NCBI RefSeq assembly: GCF_035594765.1
Contig: NC_085845.1
Span: 143,546,897 to 143,610,896, forward strand
DNA from: Anolis carolinensis
Taxonomy: Eukaryota
Direction of reading: 5' to 3'
Length of the DNA: 64,000 nt
A model generated the notes under the pieces. It ran no database searches, was not told the origin of the DNA, and was given only the letters and a program-made list of their open reading frames with translations. Positions within the stretch are counted from its first letter, which is position 1. The number at the start of each line of letters is the position of its first letter. Shown piece by piece: positions 39,761 to 52,214 of this stretch. The position numbers and the translations under genes were made by a program.

Positions 39761-42129
39761 CATGGTATTAACAGGGACGTACACAATGTATTGTCTCTTT
39801 AGCACTCTCTTATTTATGTAATTCATAAGCCTGGCTGGCATCCTGTTCAGCAGTTAAAAGATCATAAATTGTTCTCATATTCTTATAAATATTCTGGATT
39901 CGTTGTAGTCAGTGATTGAACATAATCCCAAAAACCTATCTTTGTAGCCTAGCAACATCTTAACAGAGGCAACACTAAAGTACTAAGAAATTATGCCTGT
40001 AGTGCTTTCCCAATTGTGGCATGCATTGAGGCAAGCCATTGGGACACTACCCCAAGAGATCTCTCCAGCTACCTGCTCTTGATAAACCTTGTGATCAGGA
40101 GAGCACTGCACATGTCATTCCACAGTACCTCAAATTGCAGTGGCTCAGAAACATTCAAGTCAAAGTATTTCCAGTCTGGAAAGATAACTTCTCATGGCCT
40201 GTTATTCTCAGACATACTTAGTGACATCACCTTACTTATCAATTTTGGGGACTGAAATTTGGGGCCTGGAATGCCCTGGCAGCTCTATCCTATTATCTGA
40301 TCTAATAAATTGTAATGTAGTAATGACACCCATATAAATCCCAAAAACTGTTGTACATGTGTGAGAAGGACTCAAGGACGTATTTGATTGAATAGCAAAG
40401 TGATACAGGTATAACTATAACCTTCAAATTAGAATACCTTCACCAAGATCATCTTGTGTCAATCACATTATATATGACAAGTTCAACATTTTCTCTGCTA
40501 GCAGATAGAAATATTGACTTCCATGCATGTCATAATCAAATCTTATGTTATTATGCTAGTGGGATTTTCCACTTCATCAATATTCAGTAGAATCCTAGTC
40601 CTTGATTTGCTGCTCCCAAAATACACTTGTGAATAAATGACCATGACCATTATTTCAATTTTACCTTTACAGTCGGCACAACTGTAAAATACCTACTCCT
40701 TGTATTCAGCTGTTTACTTTCTGATTTCAGTTTAATTACTTTCAAAAGTTCCAAAGCAGAAGCAAAAGGAGCTGACTTGGATATCGTTTTAGGTTAGATC
40801 CAGGGAGATGAACAATTTGTGCATGTAGTCAAAAGTGCCTTATCTAATTCTACAGGATAAAAGTATGCCATTCCCGAGATACAATAACTGTTTGAATACA
40901 CACGTTTCTGAAATCTCTGCAGTTATATCCAGAGTAATTTTTCTGCTCCCTTCAAATGATAATTGTTCAATCTTTACAGAGCTAACTTTACATGGGCAAA
41001 GTATAGCGAATGTAATCAAGACTTTTTAGTTCCACTATTTGTTGCTGAAATTTGGTCAGATCTATTATTGTTATTTGTTACACCCAGATATAAACTATAT
41101 CTACTGAGAAGAAAGTCCAGTTGGCTTCCATTGAACATTTCCATGTGTATTTGTTTGTAGACATTCTTTTGATTTTCAAAATAAATTATTTCATATTTAA
41201 CTACGTTCTTTCCATCGGGGCCCATGAGACCATTTTTTATTTGAACTTCCCTCTCATTTTCTTTGGAGATATCAAAGAGCATATTCATAGAACCACATAC
41301 ACACACACCTTGGTAGTGTGGAGGCAGCTGGAAGGTGCCAAGCCTCCCCCCAACTGTTCTCCCACTGCGGCTAAAAGTGAGGGGCTGATGCAACACTCCT
41401 TGGCAGATACCCCCATCAGAGCCTAGGGAATATAAACACAAATAAACCACTGCTGGTGTTTGTGGAACTGGAGTCTTTGAAACTACATGAATCTGAGAGA
41501 TGGCCATGCCATTTCCAGCCGCATTTGTTTCACAGCCCTTGAATTTATGTTCCCTAACATGTATACATTTTGACAAAAAGAAAGAAAGAGAACTGTTTCT
41601 TTATTATTACTCTGACACTATTCTGTAATCTGTATAATTCACTTTCCAGCTAATTTGTATATAATAGCGATTCAGGCCTCTAAATATTTAGAATTCTAAA
41701 TCAGAAAGTCTACAGAGATGAAGGAGCCAAGAAGCACTTAGATTAACAGAGATCTTTATTAAGAAAACAATGCTATAGTCTATCACTCTGTTATTTATTG
41801 TTATAATAAACCTAAGCCTCTGCTGTACACTTCACGATTACATTATAGAAAGCACAGAACAATCTTAATAAGATTCCATAAGGATTAATAGGTGTTTACT
41901 ATATCTATGGTAATGTTTCCTATTAGATTATCATTTGTAAATCTGTAAAATGAATGAGAACACTATGGTATTGAAATCTAGGAAGAAAGATCTTGGGTAA
42001 TTTATCATAAATCATTGCTATTTGATTATTGCCCAGAAGTTGTTGGTGATCAAGAATTGTAAAAAATATCTATGCTGCTGTTTAAGAAGTCTGTCACAAC
42101 ATCTGAGAATGAAATAAAAGCTATTCCTA

Positions 42130-42620
42130 TAATAATAAATAATAAAACTTTATTTATATACCACCCTATCTCCCGGATGGAACTCAGGGCGGTTTCCAAT
42201 CATAAAACAACACATACATTATATAGCAACATAATAACACATTAAGCAAAGTAAAACAATACAATTATATAGCAATAAATAACTTACACGACCTGATCAA
42301 GGGGACGGGAACCATAAACCCAATTCAAATGTATCATTTTAGGCTAGATAAATCTTGTGCAATATATTCAGGCCCAGAAATCGGTGGTATTCCAATGTAA
42401 TTACTCAAAAACCTGCCGACACCACCAGGTCTTCAGTTCCTTACGGAAATTGGATAATGTAGGGGATTGCCTGATCTCTTTTGGCAGTGCATTCCAGAGC
42501 CGGGGGGCCACTACCGAGAAGGCTTGTTCCCTCGTCCCCACCAGCTGCACTTGAGACGGTGGTGGGAGCATGAGAAGAGCCTCCCCGGATGATCTCAAGG
42601 TCTGCACTGGCTCATAGGAG
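42130..42620 (-). mobile_element. 5'-truncated L2 LINE
   Basis: ORF 'LRSSGEALLMLPPPSQVQLVGTREQAFSVVAPRLWNALPKEIRQSPTLSNFRKELKTW' plus terminal motif and tail. Confidence 0.9.
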
Positions 42621-42639
42621 ATGACACAGAGACGATTCT

Positions 42640-42972
42640 AGCTTACTGAGGGTATGCTCAATTCCAGCCACAAGGGGAGCAGCTGCTTCATCATCCACTC
42701 TGGCATCTTGATGGATACTTCCTCATTCCAAACAGGAGCTGGACGAGTTTTATGGTGTCGTAAATTAGTTAAATTTGCCTCCCTGCAGAGCAGTACCTAA
42801 ATTCCTACTTGATAGATGCAACTATCTTTCGGTTGCTTAGGTCAACAACGAGCAAGGGCTATTTTTTTATTTTAATTGTCGGGTGCTCACCCCGGCACAG
42901 GCTGGCCTCAAACTCACAACCTCTTGGTCAAAGTGATTTATGGCAGTTTTCTACTTAACCAGCTGCACCATA
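42640..42972 (-). mobile_element. tRNA-derived SINE, same family as 14634
   Basis: Reverse complement matches 'gttgcatct...gtaggaatttaggtac...aatttaactaatttac...gaatgaggaagta..catcaag'. Confidence 0.78.
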
Positions 42973-42984
42973 GTCACATTCTAT

Positions 42985-43057
42985 TTCTGCTTTGGGCTTG
43001 GCCCCATGTTAGCCACCCTGAGTCCCTACAGGGAGATGGTGGCAGGATAGAAAAATA

Positions 43058-43107
<50 letters not shown>
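42985..43107 (+). mobile_element. L2-type 3' end plus (TAT)n
   Basis: 'gttagccaccctgagtccctacagggagatggtggcaggatagaaaaataaag' followed by (TAT)n. Confidence 0.65.
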
Positions 43108-43108
<1 letters not shown>

Positions 43109-43433
43109 CCCCCATTCTGTATCATTGTATCTACATGGTTGCATCAGAATCTGGATTGCTCCATAGTTACTTCATTCGCTGAGCTTTGTCTAGTCATCCT
43201 AACTTCATAATTAATCATGAATATACTTAATTTATATACAAATCTGAACCGATCCTAATAATATGTAATATGTATGTAATATGTAATTAGTGGTTTAATA
43301 GAAACTGCTGAAGTGAAGGCTCTCATCATGACAGTCCTTAGGTGAAACCTCAAGGAGACTCCAACATGTATGAAGTTGTATTGATTTGTATTTTTAAAAA
43401 GAAAATAATCTAGCAGTTTTGTCTGCAGTAGTA

Positions 43434-43772
43434 CTGTATATACTCATGCATAAGTCTAAAAAAAATCAGTCTAAAATGGTTCAGAAAATCTAGGTCTGCT
43501 TATCCACTGTAACTCAACTCTTATCAAAAACGATACCAGTTCCTTCTCTGAATAGAGTGCCAAATGAAAGCTATTAGTCCATCCTGGGATAACCTAAAAG
43601 AAGCACTGATCCCCTCCACTCTTCTGACATGGATCCACTTCTGGCCTTTTTGAATTCACAGGAAGGACAATGGGGTGGGGGAGGGGGATACATACCAAAA
43701 TTCATACCCCCCCCCCCCAAAAAAACTGCTCTCAACTTATACATGAGGTCAACTTATACAAGAGTATATACA
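43434..43772. mobile_element. Tc1/mariner (pogo/Tc2-like) MITE
   Basis: TIRs 'ctgtatatactcatgcataag' / 'cttatacaagagtatatacag'; a related end lies at 59700-59776. Confidence 0.72.
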
Positions 43773-44852
43773 GTGGGTCTTTTGTACAGAAAATGCATCT
43801 TGGTTACTTAGGATTACAGCAGAAATATTCTAATAATCTATATTACTAGAGTTATAGGAAAATACATTTCCTCTCTTGATACTGTGGTATTGCATCTAAC
43901 TCAGAATGGAAATACTTTGTGAAAGGTATACACAAAGTTATATATGTGGCATAAAGTTGAAACTGAATAGCTGAGGAAGATAAATAGATAATATTTAGTT
44001 TTTGCTTGCAGATAGCAAACCTAAATTGTATCTTCCTTTCCTACTGTGGCAAAAAAAACAAGTATTGATAGTTCCTAAATGATATCACAGTAATATCTTA
44101 AATTTTCCCATTTGTTTCTGATAGCTTGTTGATCAACTATTTCCCATTAAATATATTTAAATATTTAATTTTTCTCTATTCTTCCTCCCCCCTGACATTT
44201 GCATTTTCTCTCATTTCTTTGTATTGTTCACATTTAGTCCTGTCTCTCCCATTATTCATACAAGTACAAGGTGCTTTGTAATTTAAGGTTTGAATCTTAT
44301 TGGCTACTTTGAATTAGAGGAAACATCCTAAATCAATTGTTGGATTGTAAGTCAATGCTAACATACATTCTATTGATCTAATCAGTCTGCTCTGACTAAC
44401 CAGCACAATGAGGTACAGTAATAGTGATGTAAAAGAGCACTAGGTTCACTTCCGGAATGAAATAAGGTATTTTAAAGTCTACATTAGTTTAAATTAGGAA
44501 AAATGCACAAGCAATGTGGTTGATAATAATTTTGCCACTGCATATAAACTATAAAAAGGTTCCCGGAATATCACCGTACCTTGGAATAAGGTATGGAGAT
44601 ACCTTGGAATAATTGAAATCTGATGCCTAGATTTTGATTGATTAGTGATATTCTAACCTGGAAAATCTTATTCAAAAAACAACATTTGTTTTGTTTTAAC
44701 ATTATGAAATAAAGAACTTCTCTGAACTAACACAAGTTTTGGTCCCTCCATGGAATAAATGTAGTCCGGTGACAAGGTGCAAATGACTCCAAGAAGTTTC
44801 AGTAGAAACAATGCCTATTTTATTACTTCATCTAAATTTATCACCCCTAAGA

Positions 44853-45146
44853 CCGGAGCCCCCAGTGGCACAGTGGGTTAAACTCTTGTGCCAGCAGGAC
44901 TGATGACTTTAAGGTTGGGTTGTTCATCTGAAGGTGGCCAGTTCAAATCCAGCCCAGGGAGAGTACGGATGAACTCCCTCTATCAGCTCCAACTCCATGC
45001 GGAGACATGAGAGAAGCCTTCCACAAGGATGTTAAAAACATCAAAACTTCTGGGTGTCCCCTCGGCAACATCTTTGCAGACAGCCAATTCTCTCACACCA
45101 AAAGCAACTTGCAGTTTCTCAAGTCGCTCCTGACACAGGAAAAAAA
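44853..45146 (+). mobile_element. tRNA-derived SINE with Vingi-type tail (Anolis SINE2-like)
   Basis: Homologous to 30483; 13-bp TSD with one mismatch, ATCACCCCTAAGA (44840-44852) / ATCACCTCTAAGA (45147-45159). Confidence 0.88.
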
Positions 45147-47018
45147 ATCACCTCTAAGAAAGAAACTTTAATCATTATTATTCATGGTGATTAGAGTATT
45201 ATCTTAGCACAATATGTGCAAATATTCATGAAGAAGGTGTTTTTTTTTTCCCTTTCATCCATTACATGAGCAAAGTGGGAAATATACTGCATTTCATCAA
45301 TTTTGCTCAAGCAGAATAGCTTTGTTAGCACCTGAATTGCCCCCGATATGTCAATATGAAAGCAGATTAAAAATATGTAAAATTGATTTCTAATCATTTT
45401 GCTTTCAATATTTTAAACATCATCTGATATATAAAACATGCTTATGGTGACTAATTAAGACATGTACACATTCATGTCATTTTATACTGAGTGCAGGGGA
45501 TAATCATATGGCCTTCTTGTTCAGAGCCATTAAAAGCAGGAAATGTTCTTTCAACTCACCTAAAAAAAAATTATTTGTGAGCTAATTGCAAAGTTGTATG
45601 ACAACTCTGAAAGGCTTGTTAGTGCTATTTTTGTTCATTTTGTCAGTCTCTGAAGTTTCCTTCCAGAAGTTAGGGCTTCTACACATATGTAAAACAAAAC
45701 AAAATAAATTTGTTTTGGAATGTGGAATGATTTCAGTCACTTACAGAGACAGAAGGAGAGTGATAATAAGACATTACGATGAAAGCAGCGAACTACATAG
45801 CGGGAAGAGAAAAGAAGCAGGCACCACATTTGCAAACTCCTAGATTGAATATTGGCGACAGAACTTAGATACATCTTTGAACATAGCACATTCATTACAT
45901 TTGCTTTGCAGTGATTGTTTGGTTTGTTTGAGAAAATAGGACTAGTGAATTTAATTATGAATTGAAATTGCAAATACTGAAATACTATATGTTTGTATCC
46001 CAAGATATTTTGCTTCTTTCAGCACATGATGAGATTGATGTTTTGTCTATCATGGTGCTATGGGAAATACAACTTTGGTTGTGCTTTAAAATGGGATCTT
46101 GGTATGAACAATTTACATAGTATATGTCAAAAATTATTTATTTAACTTAATATTTAAATGTAATACAGTGTGACTCATGTATCCATATGACTAGTATCCA
46201 CAATTTCCTTTATCCATATAAAATATGGACAAAATGTTATCTCTTGATCTTTTCTATATTATGTAGCATGATTCTATGCTATTTTGGGGCCATAGACCCC
46301 AGTATGATTCACTATGATATGCAATTTCATATATCCATTAAAAAAAAAACCTGAGAACATATCCTCCTAGATATGACAGTTGTACCATAATTAGTGTTTG
46401 GTCACATTAATCCGGTTAGTGCAGAAAAGTGAAATCTTGAATGAGCTACTTTTAAAAATGAAACTGAGTTATCTAACTGAGTTACAGAGTCAGGGATAGG
46501 AAAGGGAACAACCGTTGAAACTGGACTTGATTGGATTTTTCCTCTAGGAATCCAAGTTTGAGAAGCAGGCCAACATGTTAACAAAAATAGACTGGTCTGA
46601 GATGGCTCGGCCTTGAAATGCTGGAAAGGAGTTAAGATTTTACTTGCTACAGTATATACCATGCTAAGCAGCCGTGAGGGAGATCAGAATTAAATAGTTA
46701 ATAAAGTTTATTGTGATTGAGTGAGCAAATGGTAGGATTAGACCTAGCAATGTGGATGATATAATTTTAAAGAATCCTAGAGGAAACTAAGACTGGAATA
46801 ATTGTGAAAAGTGATTTTTGTGGATGAATGCAAACATTTTCTAGATACACAACTTTATTCATTGTCTAACAATTTAATGTATTTCATGAAATTCATTCCC
46901 ACCTTTTTTTTAGTCATATCTTCATAAACTTGTTCACCCCTCATTTTTTGAAGGTTCTGGTACCATACATACATATTAAGACATTTACAAGTTTTAGCCC
47001 AACAATACTGAAGAAAGT

Positions 47019-47118
47019 AAGGTCTAGAATAATTTTACTTCTGGTATATGGCAGATCTAAAATCATTCTATTTCTGACACACGTCAGACCTAAAATCATT
47101 CTGCTTCTGATGCATATC
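47019..47118. repeat. Degenerate ~33-bp tandem repeat, three copies
   Basis: The units 'ggtctagaataattttacttctg', 'gatctaaaatcattctatttctg' and 'gacctaaaatcattctgcttctg' recur at a ~33-bp period. Confidence 0.7.
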
Positions 47119-48627
47119 ACTTTTGACTGTGTTTTTCCAACGCCTACCTCATTTTGTCCTGTCTTTGTATTAATCCATGAAGTAATTCATTTAAATAAAC
47201 ATAGCAAAAGCACATGGATTAGAATGTAGAATCTATGTATTTTTCTGGGAAATGCAGAGCAGAACAGTTCACAATGAATGTAAAAATATAAAATCCTTCA
47301 AGTACTCCTAGTACTATTTAACATAGTATCATCAGTAATGGTTTATCCAAATGTGAGGACAATATATACAGGTCTGTTTCTTTTCAAGATTCACTGCTGT
47401 TTTTCAAGAGACAATGCTTTTAACAGATACGAGACACATTCTGAAATTAATATTCATTCTTGTCAGTTCTTTTGTAGACAGATGTATTTCTACTCTATTA
47501 CTCCATATAGTTTTTTTGCAGACACCTTTCTCCAATACATCAAAGCAACTATCAAGAAACACTTGCTACCTTGATATCATGTCTTTTCCATGCTTCAGTG
47601 CTCCTGAAAAATAATGCATCCTCCCAACTCTTGATGTCTCTCATTGTGACAGCATTTTTCACTTTGAGATAACTAGTGTGCACTTTAACATGCAAAAGCA
47701 AGAAGCAAGCACTTTACGTCATTTTAAATATAGAGACATCCTGCCCAAATGCTGCAAACAGATTCCAGAGTACTTTGAGGGAAGGGACTGTGCATCAATC
47801 AAATGTAACATGGCAGGAAAACTAGGTCAAGGCAGACTAATTATACACACTCACAATATGTGGCCAAAACAGCCCCAAGTCTGCAACTGAACTTTCACAT
47901 TGTGTTTGAGGGGGAAAACACTTCTTGCTTTCATTTCTTGTGAACTGCAAATCTAAATTTACAAGTTGAAGACCCTCAGGGAATCAAAGAAAGGGGAAGT
48001 AAAGATTCGTGCTGAGTGCTGACTGCTCAGGTTGCCATCTTGTAAAAAAAAAAAAACTTTCCAGTTTACCTCTGTGATTACCTCTTTTTTCTTCTACTGT
48101 TTTCCCACAGTTGAATTTTAGGTTGTAAGTTTCTTGAGACTTTGATACCATGCCCACTGCTGCCGCTGCATGCACAAATCATCCCCATCTGCTCCTGAAT
48201 CTGTTGTACAAGATAAAAAAAGTCTATCATCTAAAATAGGCTTGTCCAACCCATGGCCCAGCATGACTATAAATGCAGACTAACACAATTGTGAACTTAC
48301 TTAAAACATTATGATTTTTTTTGCAATTTTTTTGTAATTCTATTCCATGGTTTTCAAGCATGACCCTTGTAGATGACAATGAAACAGAATGGAATAATCT
48401 GAGTATGTTATGTTCACACGTATCAGTATTATCCTTAATTCACATTATAATTGCAAACAGTTTGGCAAGAAGAAATGAAAAACTGTTAAAATTAACTAAT
48501 GAAATTAAGACCAAAAGAACTCTGTTGCAATGTTACATGAAATGAATTGTGAAAAAAAATTAAAGTGTGTTTTCTGCACCATGCATAAGGCTTTCATGTG
48601 CCATACACTCTCACTGTTTGTAAGCAC

Positions 48628-50080
48628 TAGGGGTGTGCAAAACATCAAAAGTCAATTTCATTTTAAAATATGAATTTTGTATGCCCCCTCGTTTCCTTTC
48701 ATAATTGTTTCTATTCTATCTTGAGAGGTCCATTTTGTTTCAAATTCAAAATTCCAAAATTTTGTTATTTCATTTTGTTACTTTGTCCATTCGTGCTGAT
48801 GGGAACAATTCCAGGGCTCATTTCATCATCATTTTTATGGCCATCAGAATGGAACTTGCTACACATATAGGACACATTTACTACTGTAAGCTCCTCAGGA
48901 TTCAAAATGTTTTGCTCATCCACTGATTTGGGGAATTTTAAACAAGTTTTTATGAACAACATTTTTTTTAAAAACCCTACAAGAGCTATCCCCTTGAATG
49001 TGTCTACAATGACACAACATAAGCAGGGCATCATTTCTCCAAAGTTTCAGAAGGATTTGCACATCCACTGATTTTTAAGGGGTTTTTTTTTGTTCAATTT
49101 CAGCACCTTGGCTGAGTAACACTCTCTCTCAGTCTAGTTTTGACATTGGTTTTCTAATTTTTTAAACAGCTATCAGAATGAAACTTGTCAGTTGTCACAC
49201 TTTTACTACAATAGTACTACAATTGATCCCAAAAATGACAAAAGAAACGAACAGGTAGGTTGGTAGATTAGAATTATCAACTGACCACAAAATATTTGTA
49301 ATATGTCCCTGCAGCAGCTTGCCAAGGGGTTTTCCTCTCAGGAAACAGAAAATAAAGCAAACACTGCAATTTCTAGAATTATACTTTTGAAGCAATAATA
49401 TATATTCAATGTGGGAAAGGAAAGCGAGGAAAGAGGTTGGTAGTTGCAGTTGGTACTTGGTACTACAATTGCCCCAAAATATGGCAAAAGAAAGGAACAG
49501 GTTTGGTAGGTAGACTATAATTAAAATAGAATTAAACAGAAAAGAAAGCAAGCAGTTTGTAGATTTAATTAATTTTAAATTAAAGCAACCAAAGGGGGAA
49601 AAATGGAAAAAACCCCAAATGAATCCTAAAAGGATCCTAAGCTATTGAAGCAGTCAACTGCTAGCTGCTTCTAAAAGGATCCTAAGCTGCTAAGCTAAAA
49701 AGCTACTGCATGCAAATTGAGCTCCTGTGCTACCCTCAATATCCCTCCCAACTCCCACAATGGTGACAGAGTATTTATGTTTCCCTGTATTTAAGGGAAA
49801 CAACAACAGCGACTCTTCTCTTCCCCTCTTCCTCAGTCCTAAAAGGCTAAGAAGAGCATGTGGCATGGCAATTTTGGCTGCGCCTCCCAGGAGGGTTTGC
49901 TTGCACTGAAAAACAAGCTGATTCATGGAAAATTAACAAACTTTTTACGAGAACTTTGTAAATAGGTGATTTGATTCATTTGTGTTTAGTGGGGGTGCTG
50001 CTTTGGCTTTTTAAATTGGGTTGTAAGTACAGATTTATTGAAAAACTTACAACCCGCGTCTGAATTTTTGCGCAGCTCAA
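48628..50080. mobile_element. ~1.45-kb non-autonomous hAT element (TAGGG-type TIR), nested
   Basis: TIR TAGGGGTGTGCAAAA vs reverse complement of the right end TTGAGCTGCGCAAAA (11 of 15 match); TSD GTAAGCAC / TTAAGCAT; internal direct repeats. Confidence 0.65.
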
Positions 50081-50137
50081 TTAAGCATGCATGGTTTCAG
50101 TTTTTAAGGAAGTATGAAGTCCAAGACAATTCTTTTT

Positions 50138-50779
50138 GCCTGGGTATGGGCGACACTCTCCGCTCGGATGTTTTGCAAATAAGGACACAACACATTGCAG
50201 ATTTTTGGGTATAAATTGGCCACAACATTTTATTGGATACAGGAACAAGGGTTGGCAGCCGTGCATGGGTCCCGGATTGATGATCGGTCAGCCCGTTGCT
50301 GCTCGATCCAGAAAGAAATCGCAGGCACGACCGAAACCATATCCGGTAATCGGTACCAACGCGCCGCTCAGTGACCGCGATACTACTCCCTCCTCCTACC
50401 AATGAGGGGGAGGGGAGTAAGCATAGCTGATCTGGGGCCCATGCCACACACCAAAGCCAGAGTTGTGACAAAACGATAATAACGATAACAATAACATGAT
50501 GAACTGTAGGGTGGGTGGGATGGCAAGCAAACGAACGGCCAACTGCTGCTCTTCGCTCCTCGGGGGTTGGGCAGCGGCGGGGGCCCGCCCCTTGAGGAGC
50601 GCCTGGCCAATGGTGGGCAGGGGCGGTCCCGCCTAGGATTGGCCCAGACGCCCCGCGGCGGGAAAGTTTCCCGCCGCCCCAAGGGCCTCTGGGAAGAAGA
50701 ACCCCACCATGGCCTCCATGACCAGGGGGGCGGGGCGCCCTCCCCTGCAACAGGCCTGGCCTGGTGAGTCAGGCCATGC
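50138..50779 (-). mobile_element. CpG-rich putative DIRS/Ngaro-type solo terminal repeat, nested
   Basis: Interrupts the hAT end inside a T-run; minus-strand 'aataaaatgttgtggcc'; GC boxes and CCAAT boxes; homolog at 39200. Confidence 0.6.
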
Positions 50780-50949
50780 TTTTTCTTCCAATGTGGCCCA
50801 GGGAAGTCAAAAGATTGCACACTCCTGATATAAAGGATTGTATCTGAGAGGGTAAACATTGGAGTCAGGGAATGCACACCCACAATACATATCCCCAGCT
50901 CCAATTGTATGCTTTGGAATCCTTTGCCTGGGGAACATTACCCTACCAC

Positions 50950-51362
50950 ATCTGAGGGCTGGAGGCACCCAAACAATGCCTTCAGTAAAAATGAATTAAT
51001 TCAGAACAAACCAAGGTACCCTGAAAGGCCCAGGTCTAATGGAGAATTGGGCTTATGAGGACTCACTACTGGGAAAACCTGGGGATGAGAGCCTCCACTG
51101 CAATCCCACACCTTTTGGGCTCCTGGACTTTTCCAGGAGAACTCAAGGGGAGGGTTTATGGCAGCCAGGAACTATTTAAAGTAAGTTTTAGGGGCTAAAT
51201 TGAGGGCTTGGGGTGGCTTCATGTCATTTGTCTCAGGATAGCATGTAGCCACCCCGCTGGGCAAGCCCGGGTTTGGGTGGGTAGGTGTGGACTGGATACT
51301 GCACTGAAGCAGATTATTTAAATTCTCCTAAGCACGGATTTCAGTCCTGTGTGGAAAGGCCC
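50950..51362. mobile_element. Harbinger-like MITE, family of 6571/23247
   Basis: 'aggcacccaaacaatg...gtaaaaatgaattaatt' is similar to 6622-6662; ends 'ctgtgtggaaaggccc'. Confidence 0.5.
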
Positions 51363-51454
51363 TGGGTTCTGGAGTGGGTGGCAGCTTCAGTATCTCACAA
51401 TTTTCATTTTTCTTAATAGCTTTTCAAATGCGGCCCCTTTGCAGTTCAAAGGGG

Positions 51455-51681
51455 CCCGGGCTGTGGCGCAGGCGGGAGAGCAAGCCAGCTGCAATTAACT
51501 GCAATGAATCACTCTGACCAGGAGGTCATGAGTTTCGAGGCCCGCTCGGAGCCTATGTTTGTTTGTCTTTGTTCTATGTTAAAAGGCATTGAATGTTTGC
51601 CTATATGTGTAATGTGATCCGCCCTGAGTCCCCTTCGGGGTGAGAAGGGCGGAATATAAATGCTGTAAATAAATAAATAAA
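51455..51681 (+). mobile_element. Short form of the L2-tailed tRNA SINE
   Basis: Head and tail match 14634-15144 but the central ~280 bp are absent; (TAAA)n tail. Confidence 0.82.
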
Positions 51682-51991
51682 GAGTCTTTTGTGGGATGGG
51701 GGGTCAATTAGGACTGACAAAAGTACTTACCCACTATCTAATTACTCTTTGTAGTATCCAATGGATTTAGTAGAAACAAGACCTAAAAACCTTAGAGCCC
51801 CATCCTTTACTGGGATGAGAAATTAGTGTTCTCCTATATAATATTCCTTGACCTGATGTACTTTCTTGTTCTGTATTACAATATTTTTGTCAATGGTCCT
51901 CAATATTGTGTTATTTTTAGACAAACGAATGTTTTGGCTCCCATAGGACCATTGGTTAATTTTATTCTTTCCTCCTAACATTCTCAATCTA

Positions 51992-52214
51992 GGGTTACAT
52001 CTATACTGGCAAATTAATGCAGCTTGACAACACTTTAACTACCATGGCATAATGTTATGGAAACATGGAAGTTGTAGTTTGGTGAGACACCAGCACTGTG
52101 TGTCGGAGTAGGCTAAAGAACTTACACATCTACAACTTTCATGATTCCATAGCATTGAGACATGGTAGTTAAAGTACTGTCAAACTGCATTAATTCTACA
52201 GTGTAAATGCACCC
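51992..52214. mobile_element. Palindromic Harbinger-like MITE
   Basis: 'gggttacatctatactg...aattaatgcagcttgacaacactttaact' / 'agttaaagtactgtcaaactgcattaattctacagtgtaaatgcaccc'. Confidence 0.85.

Larger units (their letters stand above)
48237..50827 (-). mobile_element. MER30/Charlie12-like non-autonomous hAT element split by two insertions
   Basis: Left end 'taggcttgtccaacc...aacttacttaaaacattatga'. Right end 'ccaagacaattcttt' | 'ttcttccaatgtggcccagggaagtcaaaagattgcacactcctg'. 8-bp TSD ATCTAAAA / ATATAAAG (6 of 8 match). Confidence 0.75.

Noticed and set aside
44574-44612. Small hairpin plus a 13-bp direct repeat (TACCTTGGAATAA twice)
   Set aside because: Too short to interpret; consistent with a local slippage or repair duplication
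50097-50904. GC-rich ORFs (217 aa, 173 aa) and a possible host-gene CpG island
   Set aside because: They lie inside a nested repeat insertion; the ORFs are explained by GC content and show no recognisable domain
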